61,879 bases of DNA from Chiloscyllium plagiosum (Eukaryota), in the NCBI RefSeq assembly GCF_004010195.1, contig NC_057758.1:5327850-5389728 (forward strand). The letters run 5' to 3'. This document shows positions 33,860 to 47,466 of this stretch, piece by piece. The translations under genes and the position numbers were made by a program. The notes beneath the pieces are model-generated. The model did no database searches, was not told where the DNA came from, and saw only the letters and a list, made by a program, of their open reading frames with translations. Every line of letters begins with the position of its first letter. The first letter of the stretch is position 1.

Positions 33860-36500
33860 CTTCTCCAATCCCTGCATCTTTGTACTTCCTTTTTCAGTCA
33901 TCTCCTTCAGCCTCCACATCTCTGCATGTCTTCATACTCTTCTCCAGGCTGAATTATGTGCCCCACCTCTTTAATATCGATCAGAATCCTCAAACTTTCC
34001 GATCTCGATGACCTCCTCCAGTCCCGCCAATCCTTCCTTTTTCTGTAATCTTCCCCAGTCACTTCAATCCTTCCGATGTCCATAAATTCCTCCAGTCACT
34101 CCAACCCTCCTTATCACTGGAACTTCCGCAATCACTCCAACTCTTCCTATTTCTGTAACCTCCCCCAGTCAGTCCATACCTCGCTGTCTCTTAACCTCCC
34201 CCCGTTATGACAGACTCAGTATGGGACAAAAGCAGCAACATGGCACTGAATTAAAAGGTCAGCTGTGATCATAATCAATGGTGAAAGAGGCTCGTGAGGT
34301 TGAATGGCCTGCCCATGCCCTTCTGTACTACGTTTCTGTGTGGCACTCCCTATCTGTATATCTACTTGATTCCCTGCTATCTTTCCCATCTCCATAACCT
34401 ACACAACCTCCTACAACTGGAACTATCTCTGGCCACAGAAGTCTCCATACCTGTCAAACCTACTCCAGTCCCTACAGCTCTACCAATGTATTTCCTCCTC
34501 CAGCCCGATAATCCTCTGTGTCTTTGTTACTTCCTCTTGTAACTTCCTCTTGCTGCTGAAACCCTACATATCATACAGCGTCCCTACCTTTGCATTCCCC
34601 TCCAATCCCTACCACCATGAATTTATCCCACACTGACCCGTCTTCCATTGTTGAAACCTTCTCTGTCTCTGTTATCTTCACCTGCTCCTTTAGACCTCAA
34701 TGTATGTATAATCCTCTGTAGTTCATCAGCCCACTCTGTCTCGACAATATCCTCCAGCTTCCGTAGCCCTCCTGACATTTGTAACCCCCATTGGTCCATG
34801 AAAACCTGTCTCTCTGTAACTGTTCCTTTCGCTATATCACTCCCCATCTGTCAGGCATACTCCAGTCGCTACAGACTCTGCATCCCACCCTCTCTCTTAC
34901 CTCCCCGGGCCCTGCACATCTCCTATATTCGGTAAACTTTTCCAGCCACAACAGCACTCCATATCCCTCTTTGCTCCTCCATTCCCCACACCCCTGCCCG
35001 CACCTCACACCCTCTCCCTTGTGTATTCTGCAACCCTCCCTCAGAGTTTCGTGTTACTGCTCCTAAAAATATCCCTCCATCGGTAAACAGCTCCAACCCT
35101 CCCAATCTCTGTAAACTCCAACAGCTCCAACATCTCTTCTCATCTGTGTAACTTCCTCAGGTTCTTAAACGCTCTCAAAATGTGGAGACCCCACAATCGT
35201 CCCAATGAGTTGTCCTTTGCCATCCCGGAAATACTCCCGATCTGCGGAACCCACTCCAAAACCTGCGACTCTCCCACTCCTATTCTTACAAGACTCAATG
35301 TCTATTTAACTCCCTTCGAGTGTTGTCAACCACCCTGTCCATGTGAGCTCCTCCAGTCTCACCGTCAATCTACTAATCTCCACAACCTTCTTCAGCTCTC
35401 ACACCCCTGTCTGTGTAAACGTCATTCTCCCCTAGAACCTTTCATACCGCAGGAATCTCCTCAGTTTGTGCGATGCTCCCGATCTGTGTAAATGTCTCTC
35501 GGCCCTAACGTTCGTGTGTCAGTAAGCTCTGCCAGATCATTACTCAGTAATATGTTCATTTGTAGAGCTGGTGTAAACGTGGTGGGCTAAATGATATCGT
35601 CCTGTGTCATAAGACTTCTGTGTGTTCTTGTGTGTTTTCGTGAGAATCCTTCAACTCGAATAATCTCCCATCTCTGTAACCTCGTCTCTTCCATATGATC
35701 CTTTCCGATCTCTACACTCTCCATCAGCAAATACACCCCTCCTTATCTCTGTAACCCATACAGACCTAAAGATTCTTTTTCTAGAATCTCCTCCAGCCCC
35801 TACAATGCTCCCTCTCTCTGTAAACGTCCTCAAGTCCTTACAGCTCGCCCATTCTCTGTAACAACTCCGATACATGTTAATCTTCCAATCTTTACGATCT
35901 GCTCCAGTCCACACAAGCAATAATATCACTAACTCCCTTCTGCCCTGACAAATCTCATTATATCTACAACATCCTCCTTCCAATAGTGGGTGTTATGTCT
36001 GCAACATTCTCAAGCAACTATAACTCTGCCCATACCTTTATCTTCCTCCTCCCCTAAAATTTTCCCTGTTGTATAACCTCCTCCAATGTCTAACCAGCTG
36101 TTTAACATCCTCTAGTTACTCCAACGTTGCCGAAGCTGTAACCAACTCCTGCTGCTACACAGCTCACTATCGCTGCAAACTCCACAAACGAAATCACTCC
36201 CTATCTGTGGGAACATCTCACCCTCCCAAACCCCTTAATGTCCACCAGATGTTAAAATCCTTCATGTATCTCGAAACTCCACTGGTTCTTCAAATCCACC
36301 ACTTTCTAAAACATCCACCATCTGCTTAAACACTCTCTATCTCTGTAAAACCCTCGAAGAGAAGTCCCATCCTTTACTGCAGAACCTCCTTTATTAATTT
36401 CCTGCAGCACCAATGTAAGCTTTTCTTTCTGATTTCTGCAATTTCTCGTTCTCAACGTCCTCCACCAAGAACATCCCTTGTTATCTCTAATCTGTTCCAA
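33860..36500 (+). repeat. Degenerate 36-37 bp minisatellite block (paralog 50,480-53,120, opposite strand)
   Basis: ca(g/a)tca units start at 34,093, 34,129 and 34,166; atctctgtaac recurs throughout. Confidence 0.8.
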
Positions 36501-36770
36501 AAACGGAATCCAAACGTACTTCTGTGAACCTTCCCATGAGGAAAATATGTTTTTGAAACGGGTGCTATGGTGTTTGAAAGAATGTTATAAATGCAGGACT
36601 ATTTGTAGAAACTAGACATTTACAGAGTTGGGAAGGACTATCGAATGTAAAAGATGTTACAGAGAGTGGCAATTTGTCGGCACAAAGGCACGTGTCTGGG
36701 ATTAAACTGATTGGCTGTGGGGTTCAATAATATATTGAATTGACCTGCAAATGCATAGACTGGGATCTAC

Positions 36771-36977
36771 CTGCTCTGACTGTGGGCCTCGGGACTGGAA
36801 TAGGTACCAGTAGTTGACTCTGCACAGGCTTGGCAGATTGTATTTGATCTTCCTGATGGGATGTTGGAGCTTGGTTCCAGATTGGAAGAGAGCAGCTGTC
36901 CATGTTCAGGCAACAAAGGGAGCCTGGTACCATCCTGATCTCATTGTGAGTCTGTTTTCCAAAATCCTTGTGAGAAG
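36771..36977 (-). pseudogene. Candidate exon (207 nt); paralog 50,008-50,213(+) has a 1-nt deletion
   Basis: Weak acceptor tttatag, donor CAG|gtagat; open frame SHKDFGKQTHNEIRMVPGSLCC...VPIPVPRPTVRA. Confidence 0.25.
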
Positions 36978-37145
36978 CTATAAATACCTAAGGCGCTGGG
37001 GTTTGTACAGTTCTGAGCGTATTTACCTATACTTGGTCGATGTCTCGATGTGATTCAGAAATGAAACAATTACAACGGAAATTACACCCTACAACAAGTT
37101 CTCGGTATCAATTCATGACAGCGGTCAGCTCAACGAGAACCTCAC

Positions 37146-37233
37146 ATCAGAATAAGTTCCCACTTCCTGAAATGCTACAACTGAAAGCAACGTTTCAACT
37201 CGTGTGAATTGCATCTGAATCATTGACCGTAAT
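37146..37233 (-). pseudogene. Candidate exon (88 nt) of an unidentified gene or pseudogene; paralog 49,754-49,841(+)
   Basis: Acceptor ctttctaccttcacag and donor GAT|gtgagg are present in both copies; frame LRSMIQMQFTRVETLLSVVAFQEVGTYSD is open in both. Confidence 0.35.
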
Positions 37234-38174
37234 CTGTGAAGGTAGAAAGTTCACTTCCCCTGTCACTGTGCGGTCTCCATCTTCAGGCGTGATGTGCCTG
37301 AATTCCCTGTCCCCGTCGCTGCTGCATTTATTTCTGGTGGTGAGAGACTCAGAGCTACATCATGTGATAGGTTCTCGAAGTATCATTTTTGTCAGCGTTC
37401 GTAAACGGTTTCTCTTCAAATGGGTTTGAAGCCAAAATATCGATCTGGCTGGTCCAGCTCGGTTTTCATTTCAACCAAAACCAAAAACTGTACTTGTCTT
37501 TGGAATCTCCTTCAGCACCTAAAGAAATCCGTATCACAGCAATGGCCCCCAGCCTTAACTATTTCTGCCTCTGTCCACTACAGCCATCCTGCTATCTATC
37601 ACTTGCTGCCAACCCTGAATTCCTTCCAAACTTTTCAACAAGGCCAATGAAATGATAGTTTAAAATAGAATGAACGATTTCAGACGTAGCTGTCATATGA
37701 AGATGAGGCTGCAGTGTGGCCAAGGCTGAGAACTGGATATTCACGGGTTTACAACGTTCACACAGCAAGGATTAACAGGCCAACACAGTGAAGTAGCATT
37801 GTGTGAAAAGGATGTAATCAGAACTATTGTGATGTTAATCACTTTTCACACTGATCTTCCCTGCCCTCTCGCCTTATCCCTGTAAATTGATCAGATATTG
37901 GTAACCTTTGAAGACTTCAGGAAATCGCACCACATACAGGAGATCATTTTGTAGACTGTTTGCATTGGAAAAAAAATGTTATTAAGCCCTTATTCTTACT
38001 CCCTGGAGAATATCGGACATCAGGCGTCGATCTAGGCACCGTTAAAATTGGTTGGAGAGTTTCTGCCTCCCCTGTGCTCACGGGTATGACTTCCAATTCC
38101 CGAGCAAACTATAGCTGAAGTAATCACTTTCCTCACTGCTTCTCTAATATGTCAAACAATTACATTTATTTTTC

Positions 38175-38460
38175 ACCGCTGATCGAGTGTCATGGAGGAA
38201 CGTCATGTCCCTTTGCTGCACCATGCCATTCACCAGAACCTGAGAGGCTTGTTCACAAAGGGGGCTCCACTCTTGCCATCTCTGCCATGTTCAGGGCAGT
38301 TTCACATTGACAATTTTACAGATGGTACCTGTAACAGGGAGGCCGGTTAATTCTGAGATATTAAGGCCAGTGGGCCTTTGTTATAACAAATGGAAAATCA
38401 TCGGGATAATGTCAGATCAGAGGAAGACCATACGGGCAGGGAAGGTAGTTAAGTAGGGAG
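38175..38460 (-). mobile_element. Harbinger Myb/SANT 5' fragment (paralog of 11,990-12,262)
   Basis: Reverse complement gttctggtgaatggcatggtgcagcaaagggacatg. Confidence 0.6.
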
Positions 38461-39289
38461 ATTGGGGATGGGGTAATGAGAAAACGCACATCTTATTCAC
38501 AGGAAATATGTGCGGTCTTTCCGCATCCTGCATTCCAGTCTTTCCTCATGACTGCACTTTCACTTGCACAGGGTAACTAATATCCTCTATATTCTCTCCA
38601 GTCAAATTCCATCCTTGCATGTGATGAGGTGACCAGTATCGCACACAGTACACAAGCTGTGACTGAATTCATGACTTATGCAGTTCTGACATAACATTCC
38701 TGCTCTTAAATTCTCCACTTTGGCTGATAGAGGAATTTATGAAATTGCTGCTTAAGGAGCTGATTGATGTGTCCAGCTAACTTTTTACATCTGCCTAAAC
38801 TGACCATAATCTCATTTAATGTACATTCCTCTCTGTTGTTGATGTCCTCAAACGTCTTGCATTGCACGTCTCTGGCTGGTTTGCTACTTTCACCTGGACC
38901 CCATTGTTTCTGATTCTAAACAGCCTGCCACGTGAGCTCTTGTAAAATCCAAGCAAGTCACATCAGGGTAGGAGTTACTGTCTCAAATCAGCAGTCAGAT
39001 TAATTGCACACAATCTTCTTTGAACAAATCCAGACCGACTGTCCTGGAATTTCTCAGACTTCCTCAGTGACAGTTTTAGCTGTGTCTCAGAATTACAACC
39101 TCGACACTTCAGTCAGTTCCTTGATTCACATTAAACAAAACTGCAATGTTTGCCGTTCTCTGGTCCTCAAGCACCATCGTCGGATCCAGTTAGGATTGGA
39201 TGGTCAGTACAATGCGGTGATTTCTTTTGACCTCTTGAAACAGTCTGGAGCATTCTGTAGACCGTTTTTAAGGATTTGAACCTCCTTTG

Positions 39290-40210
39290 TAACTCCCCCC
39301 TACAGAAGTATATTTCTCTTTCTATGCCGCACTACACCGTGTGGATTGCCTCCCTATTTTGGTTCAGATAGGGGCCCAACTTCATTACCTACCTTCCCTG
39401 CCCGCCTGGTCGTCCTCTCATCTGGCATTCGCCAGATGATTTTCGCTTTTCGGTGACAACTGGCCACTGCCTGGATATCCCAGCATGAACCGCCCTCCCT
39501 GGTACAGGCGCCATCTGCAAAAAGCCATTACACTCTTCGATTGTCAATCGAAACTGCCCTGAACACGACAGAGCTGGTAAAATTGGTTCCCCTCTTTGTG
39601 GTCAAACCCCTAAGACTCCGTTGGATGGCATGGTGCAGGAAGGGTACATGATCTTCCTCCAGGACTATGAGCTGATGCCATGACGCCATACCCTGCCAGA
39701 TTGCTCCGAGGTTGACCCTGAGTCAGTGAGGTGTCAGCCTCCTGGGTGAATGCCCAGCAGTGTAAGAAGGAGGTCAGTGACCTTCTCCACTCCACCAGGA
39801 TAAATGCCACCTTCTGTACTTTGTGACGTCGCAGTCACTCTATCTCTGTTACTGTGACCATCTCCAAGAAAGGCTCATGTTTTTCCACTCTCACTGAATA
39901 CAGCACCTCCACTCATTATCTCCGTTAGCTCTTCACGTTCTCTCTGTCACCTCTTCACTGTCTCCCTTCTCATCTCCGCCTGGTGTCTGCGTTGACAACT
40001 CAGTCACTCAGGACACCTCAACCCTTTCCCCCCAGCTTTGCTAGCACTAACAGCTATACCAACCCATTCCATCTCCCTTAATACCTCTTGGTAATTCTCA
40101 CATTCCAGAATGAATCAATAAGTCAGAACGAGTCACGAGGAATTGGGGTCTCCCCAACATTGAGCTCTTCACCCTAAACAGGGGAAGGATGCTGACCCTA
40201 ACAACCACGA
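39290..40210 (+). mobile_element. Harbinger Myb/SANT remnant (paralog of 9,830-10,760)
   Basis: VSEVSASWVNAQQCKKEVSDLLHSTR ends at 39,799; acceptor ttctcacattccag at 40,108; start codon and donor are mutated. Confidence 0.7.
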
Positions 40211-40929
40211 GAGGCTGAATGACAGTGTCCAAGCTCCTGGACTGGTATCAGAAATTCCCCTTCATTCATTGTGCTGGGCACCTTGACTTACTGTAGACAA
40301 TGATATCAAGTTTTCTGGTTTTATATCAGTCTAACCAACAAGACAATGCAGCAGGTGTGTGAGCCTGGTCGCTCTGGCTGAGGGGAAATACAGCGAAAGG
40401 CAGAGTAAGACAAGGCAATAAATCAGTCATCATTCAGGTAAACTCAAGGTCAGTGTGTACACTCATTCAGTGAGCAACCCAGATGTGCAGTTCATGAGCT
40501 GAGTGCGTATCCCTGAAGATAGCGTGCTTACAGCAGTATCTCAATGAGAGTTGTCAGTGCACTCTGATCTGCAGCATTGAAGTACAGAATTATACTGTCA
40601 GTCAGTCGGAGATGTGGTGTGATGGCGTGGTGAGGCTGGCATGTGGCAGATGCCAGCATTGGTGGTTGTGGATTACATGCAGTTTCTGTCTGTGCAGTGT
40701 AACCCTAGACGTTGGTTTACAAGGTTGAGGTCCGCAGGAGCGAGGAGCGAGATAGAGTCACAAGTTACCAGCTCTGAATTTCATGTCGAATTCCCCATAT
40801 TGAGTTTCCCCACAGTGGGAGGGAGGCTGTGTAACTGTGACTTGATGAGGAAAGATCGACGTGAATGTGTCTTTTTATCTTCAGTATTCATGCAGTCAGC
40901 ATCTCGCCACTATCTTTCTGAAATCTTGT

Positions 40930-42830
40930 CTTATAACATAATACAGAACAGGAATATGCCATTCAGCCCGCCGAGCCTGCTTTGACACATGATACCTTTC
41001 CAAAAGTAAAATAAAAATTTATAGCACTCTATTCGCTTACTCATCTCTGTCTGAAGATACCTCTTCAACATTGCTATTGTTTCGTCTTCAACATCCTCTA
41101 TCAGAGCATTCAAGGCACTTCCACATTCTGCCTGGAAAAGAAAGAAAATAACTTGCCTATTATAAATGCTTCGAACATTCCCCTTTTTATCTAAGATGTT
41201 GGCCATAATAATTGATATTTCTATCCTGGGGAAAAGGCTCTGAATATCTATTCTGTCCAAATCTCTTATACGTTTGGAATGCTCCTGAGGTCGCCCCTCA
41301 ACCGGAAATGTCCAATTGAAAACAAGCCAAGTTTGTTCAATTTTTCCTGAGGGCTATTATCCTCCAAACCAGGCAACATGCTGGTGAAAGTCTTTCAAAC
41401 CCTCTCCATCACCTGCACATCCTTGTGCTGATGTGGTAATAAGACCTGCACATAAATTTCCAAACGTGACCAAAAGAAAGTTTTATCCAGCTCCAACATG
41501 ACATTCTAATTTTTATACTTTGTGCTCTGATTGAGATACGCAGGCATACGAATAGGCCTTCTTGACCACAATTTTCACCTGTGTTGCCACTTTCAGGAAA
41601 TTTTGGACTTGTTGCCTCGATACCTTAGATGTTGCAATTATTTTGAGTCCTTCCATTTACTATCTACTTCTCTCGTGCTGAAGACCTTCTAAAATGCATC
41701 AACACGCATTTACCCTGATTAAATTGCATCTGCATTTTTTCTATCCAAGTCTCCAGCCTCTCTATAGCCTGCTGTGTGCTGTACCAATCATCCTCACAAT
41801 GCGCTGCTCATCCAATCTATTCACAGATCTCCAGTTACTAATACATCCTTTCCCCACCACTCCGTCTTCTATGACCTATGAGTTCTGTATCCATCTTGCC
41901 GGCTACCCGCTAATCCCACTTGACTACACCTTCTGTATGAACCTGCCATGAGGAACCATATCAAAGACCTTTCCAAGGTCCATATGGCCAGCAACCAGCC
42001 CCATGGCCTCATCAATCACTTTTGTCACGTTCTCAAGATATGCAATCAATTATTTGAGATCCGGTCTTCAACACATAAAGCCATATTGCCTTTCGAGAAA
42101 ATTCCATATTTTTCCAAATAGGAGTCAACAATATCTCTAAGAATCTCGAATATTTTCCCTATCACTGAGATACGGCTCACGACCTGAACTTTCTTGCATT
42201 TTCCGTGTTATACTTCATCCAAAAGGAACAACACTAGCTCTTATCCAGTTCTCCGGAACCTCCCATATTACTGAACAGCATGCAAAGAGTGTGCACTATG
42301 GTCAAGCAAATTATTCCTTCGTTTCCCGAAATATTCTGGAATTGATCCCATCATAACCTGGAGAATTGTCTATCTCATTGCTTTTCAAAACTCCCAGCAC
42401 AGCATTCATTTTTTAAAATGTCGAACTGCTCTGGAATATCAACATATCCTTCTCAAGACTCACCATCCACCGTGTCCTTCTCCTTTGTGAAAATCGATGC
42501 AAATCATTCGTTAAGGCCGTCACCCGCTTCCTTCAGATCCATGCTCTAATTTCCCCCTTTGCCCTTGAGTGGACCGATTCTTCCCCGGCTCCCTTTTCCT
42601 CCTGACAAACCGATTGGGAAGTTCCTTAATCATGATACTCAAAGACAATTCATGGTGTCTTTTAGCCCTCCTAAATCCTTGTTTAAGTTTGTCCTGATTT
42701 TTATTATGTTTTTCGAGACCCCAATCCACACTCTTTCATGTGCCTCCTTTATCTTTTTAATCGAGCTCACAATTTCTCTTGTCATTAAAAGTTACCAAAG
42801 TTTGACATCATTGCCACCTGTCTCGATGGC
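40930..42830 (-). mobile_element. Degenerate CR1 (paralog of 7,250-9,125)
   Basis: DRIDIQSLFPRIE; FRRAKRHHELSL. Confidence 0.8.
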
Positions 42831-43169
42831 CAGATGTCATATACCTCAATACAGTAACATTGCGAAAAGTCTAATGTGCTTTTCAGACAATCCTACTGGA
42901 CTCATCATAAAAACCCATTTAGGCTTCAATTCAAACTCAAAACCATAACGCATCTCCTACAGTGACATGAGGTTTCCATTGATTACCTTTTATGTTCTTT
43001 TCCTTAATTTCATTTTCTGCTTTGAAAACAAATCTGTGAAAGATTGCTTGTCGTTTCTTGCCAGCATGACTTTAAACACAGTATTTTCTTCCTAATTTAT
43101 TTTTTGGAACCACCCCCCAACCCTCACCCCTTTGCATTCCAAACTCCCCTCAGATTTCTGTTGTATTCG

Positions 43170-43580
43170 GGAGACGCTGATTAGGCTGGGGCCGTTTTCC
43201 CAGGATCGTCGGTGGATGAGGGGTGAACCTACAGAGTTTTAAAAATATTGAAGAGCTTGGATAGGATAAACAGGAAACGTATTTTCCCTGGGCTGGGACA
43301 GTCCAGAACTGGAGGACATATTTTCAGGGTGGGAGGTCAATGATATAAAAGGGACCGAAATGGCAACTTTCGCACGCAGCAGGTGGTGCGTGGATGGAAT
43401 GAGCTGCCAGAAGAAATTTTGGAGGCGAGAAAATTATAACATTTAAAAGGCATCTGGATGGGTATATGAATAAGAAGAGTTCAGAGGAACATGATTCAAT
43501 TGTTGATAAATGTGATGAGATTATATTAAGAATTTCTGCGGCATGGACATGTTGGACCAAAGTGTCTGTTTCCGTGCCGC
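43170..43580 (+). mobile_element. CR1 3' end (paralog of 6,510-6,935)
   Basis: tttaaaaggcatctggatgggtatatgaat (FKRHLDGYMN). Confidence 0.75.
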
Positions 43581-43989
43581 TTATCTCTCTGCTCTACGGC
43601 GCTATTGTCTTCGCACTGTCTGATGGAACCCTTCCTGTTCGTCTGTGTATTCCTAGACTTCCAAGAGGCTCTGGATTTAGCAGCCTGACGCTTTTTCACT
43701 GTGTGAGAACACATTTTCTTTGACCGAATTTAATCTCCCCTCAGAATGCCTTCCACTGAACTGATTCTGGTTTATTTTCTCTTTCTTGTTTCCTGTTGAC
43801 TTGAATGAAATCCATTTTCAGCCGACTCATTTTTGAATGATTCATACTAAAACTTCTTAGTCTGGATGAATGCTTTAGTGTACTTACATATAGTCATGAA
43901 TTATGATCACCTTTCCTTAAGTGCTGCCCGTTTCCTTCCTGATGGTAGTGGAATGAGTGTGGAAAGTGCAGTATGAGGAGTGTCATGGC

Positions 43990-46310
43990 ACGAACACCTG
44001 CTGGCAACTGCCGATGTTGAAAGGAAGGAGTGATTGTGGATAGGAACCATTCGAGTGGACTGCTTAGTTTTTCGTCGTGTCAAACAGTTTCAGTACTGTT
44101 GGCGTGCATTCATTCAAACAGGTGCACATTACATATTGCGAGCTTGAACCTTGGAGGTAATGGAGTGGAAGACAGGGGAAAAGTTACTGGCTGCAGGATT
44201 CCTAACTTCTGATCTGACGTTTTCACCATAGGACCTATATAGTCTTTGATAAACCTGAGAATGTTAGTGCAAATGAATTCAACAATGGTAATGCGTTTGG
44301 ATGCTGAATTGTTTTAGCCCTCTGATTTAGTGATGGGATGGCCATTGTCTGACATTTGTGTGGCACGAATGTTACTTATCACCTGTGAGCCGCGAAGCCT
44401 GGCTATTGTCCAAGTCCTGCTGCATTTGGACTGATTTTGTGATCTGAGGAGTTAAGAATTGCAAAATCATGAGCAAACCTCATTACATCTGACCTAATGA
44501 AGGATAGCTGGTTTTCCAAAGTACTTGCTGCCTTTGTTCTTCGAGATGGCACTGGGTTTAGCAGGTTCTGTCTACTAAGCCTTGGTGCAGTGAATCTTGC
44601 AGATGGTATAAACTGCTACTATTGTGCCTCAGTTGTGGAGGGGATTGATGCTCGTGGAAGTGGTAGCAATGAAATGTGTTCGTTTTGTCCTGGGCTTTTC
44701 CTGGGATGTACTCCATCACAGGCTTTCGGGAGTCAGCAGATGAGTTACTGTCTGCACAATTCCTATCCTCTGACCTGCTCCTTGAGACAGTTTTATTTAT
44801 ATGGCTTGTCCAGGACTGTTTCCGTTCAATTATCACACCCAGGATGCTGATAAACACAGTGTTGGGGACTCAGTGGTGGTAACGCGACTGAAAAGCAAAG
44901 AAGGATGGTTAGATTCTTTATTGTCATAAATGTCCAGCATTTGTCTGTCGTGAACATTACTTGCCATTTTTAGACTAAACCTGGATGCATTTGAACATGG
45001 ACTGTTTCAGGAATGCTTCAATCAATGAACATTCCCACATCTGACCTTATGATGGAGAGAGCAGCTGGAAATGGTTGAGCCTCGGACACACTCTTTCCTG
45101 AGGAATCGTTGTAGCGCTCACGTTGATTTCGAATTACTGACACCGATAGCATTTTTATTTTTGCTGGTGATACTTCTAATCGGGAGAGTACTTACCCCAG
45201 AATCTGAATAAGTATAATTTTACTCAGGTTCCTCTTCTCCCATCCTGTTAAATGGTGTGTTGATGTTAAGAGTAATTACTCTCACTGCCCCGTTGGACAT
45301 CCACTCTTTTGCACGATCTTTGCAATGGGGTCAGGAGCTGAGTGTTCCCGACGGGACACTAACTAAATGACACTGAGCAGGTTATTGCTGATTGATCACA
45401 TTATTGCGAAAAACTTTCTTCACAACTGGCTGCAATGCAAGTGTCCTGCTTTTTGTTTACAGGACATATTTGCCATTGTTGGTAAGTATCATGATTCGGA
45501 GATGCCGGTGTTGGACTGGGGTGTACAAAGTTAAAAATCACACAACACCAGGTTATAGTCCAACAGGTTTAATTGGAAGCACACTAGCTTTCGGAGCGAC
45601 GCTCCTTCATACATATCAGTATTCTTAATTAAATTGGCAAGAGATGTGGCAATTTCTGGAGTAAAATCACAGTTTCCCGTCTCTCCAAACATTTCTTGAC
45701 ATTGTGTGGAATCAATCAAACTGTCTGAAGATTAGTGTCTGTGATGCTGCGGCCCACTGAAGGAGGCCGAAATGGATCATCTGCTTAGCCCTTCTGCCTG
45801 AAGATTGTCACAAATGTATCAGCTTCATATTTTCAATCATGAACTGCGCTCTCCGAAAACTGGGGATTTCATTGTAGGACAGCAGCCTCCTCCTCCAATG
45901 CTATCCTTTAAATTTTATGACCACATGGTGGCAGGACCTCAGTGATAGATCAGAACAATTGATTGTGAAATAACTGAGCTCTGTCCATTACTTGCTGCTA
46001 AAGCTATTTAGCATGCAAGTCATCGTGTTTTGTTCCTGAAGACAAAAGAGTTTCTCCAGGTTGTCCCCTTATTTCTGGGTCTGCCAAGTGTTTGTCCCGC
46101 CATGTCCTTCTGCACTCTTCCTTGACTCAGTGTGGATCCCTGGCTTGATGATTACTGTAGAGTGGGATGTATGTCAGGCTGTGACGTTGCAGACTATATG
46201 AGTTGTACAGAGAATGATTCTGCTGCTGCCGATGGCCCACTGCATCTCACGGACATCTCGCCAAATTGTGACGATGGAACTTCCTTCACGCGTGGACTGT
46301 GCTGTGGCTG
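43990..46310 (-). mobile_element. Degenerate CR1/L2-group LINE (paralog of 3,900-6,110)
   Basis: Colinear reverse-complement match to 3,900-6,110. Confidence 0.7.
45489..45610 (-). mobile_element. Young Penelope 3'/pLTR fragment (second family), specific to copy U2
   Basis: Reverse complement atgaaggagcgtcgctccgaaagctag...aaacctgttggactataacctggtgttgtgtg; absent from the paralogous site at about 4,590-4,615. Confidence 0.7.
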
Positions 46311-46326
46311 TTCTTACCTTTATAAG

Positions 46327-46605
46327 GACCGGCACGGTGGCTCAGTCGTTAGCACTGCTGCCTCACAGCACCAGGAACCTGTGTTGTATTCCCGCCTTGG
46401 GAAGACTGTCTTTGTGGAGTTTTAACATTCTAACTGTATGTGCGTGGGTTTTCTCCGAGTGCTCCGGTTTCCTCACACATTCCAAAAATGTGGAGGTTAG
46501 GCGTATTCATCAGGAGTAAATTTCGGGTAGACGAATGTAGGTGGGTTACTCTTCGGAGGGTCTTTGTGGACTTGTTGGGTAGCCAGGACTGTTCCACACT
46601 GTAGG
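46327..46605 (+). mobile_element. HE1 V-SINE (paralog of 3,615-3,889)
   Basis: cggcacggtggctcagtcgttagcactgctgcctcacagc...gagtgctccggtttcctcacaca. Confidence 0.9.
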
Positions 46606-47384
46606 AATTCTTTAATAAATGTACATATCAAATGTGAAGGTGTTTCTGAAACAGGTGAACGGTTGACGATGAGGTCAATTATATGTTTCTCATTTATTGA
46701 TTCCCATCAAAGCTGCCGCAGAGCAATCTCGCAGCAGCAGGGTCCAGCATCAATGCTGAGCTTTTGATTGACGATATACCAAGGAGCTGCCCCCTTTGTT
46801 TGGGACAGAATCTCCCAGAGGGGATGGTGCTGTTGTCTCGGACATATTCCTGTTCACAGAATCCTGTTTTACAGACAACATATGACTTTTGCTTGATTAG
46901 TCTATGAGAAGTATACAGCAGGTGACTGTAGTAAACAGTTAATTCATGATCAGATGAATGAGCACATTATCCTGCAGTCAGCAATCTGTTGAAAATGACT
47001 TTGAAAAAAAAAGCCTGAATTCAGACTCAGTGCTACTGGGCCTCACCAGTACCTCCAAAACAATGGTCATATACAAATTCTGTCCTGAGATCTGGAAACT
47101 GGAGCTGGACAGTTATTCAGACAATCTCTCACAACAGACCAGATAGAGTTATACCTGAACAACAGAGAACTGTGTGGGGCAGAATGGCTATTGGACTAGC
47201 ACAGGGCTGTCTTCTAGTCTGCCACATAAACTCTGGAATTCTGAACATTGGACCCGATCCTAAATGAAGGTCCTATAAAGGTGATGGAGTCTGCAGCTCA
47301 TGGCGTATTTCATTGAATCCCTCATGAAACAAATCCAATGTATATCAGCTCCACCACATCAGTACCTAAACAGAAATGTACATA

Positions 47385-47466
47385 TACTCATGTCCGAAAC
47401 GTCGATTTTCCTGCTCTTTGGATGCTGCCTGACCTGCTGCGCTTTTCCAGCAATACATTTTCAGCT
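47385..47466 (+). mobile_element. Penelope pLTR 3' fragment, specific to copy U2
   Basis: ccgaaacgtcgattttcctgctctttggatgctgcctgacctgctgcgcttttccagc; absent at paralogous 750-765. Confidence 0.75.

Noticed and set aside
33860..36500. CRISPR-like or coding interpretation of the 36-37 bp periodicity
   Set aside because: Eukaryotic context, degenerate contiguous units without unique spacers, and frequent stops in all frames.
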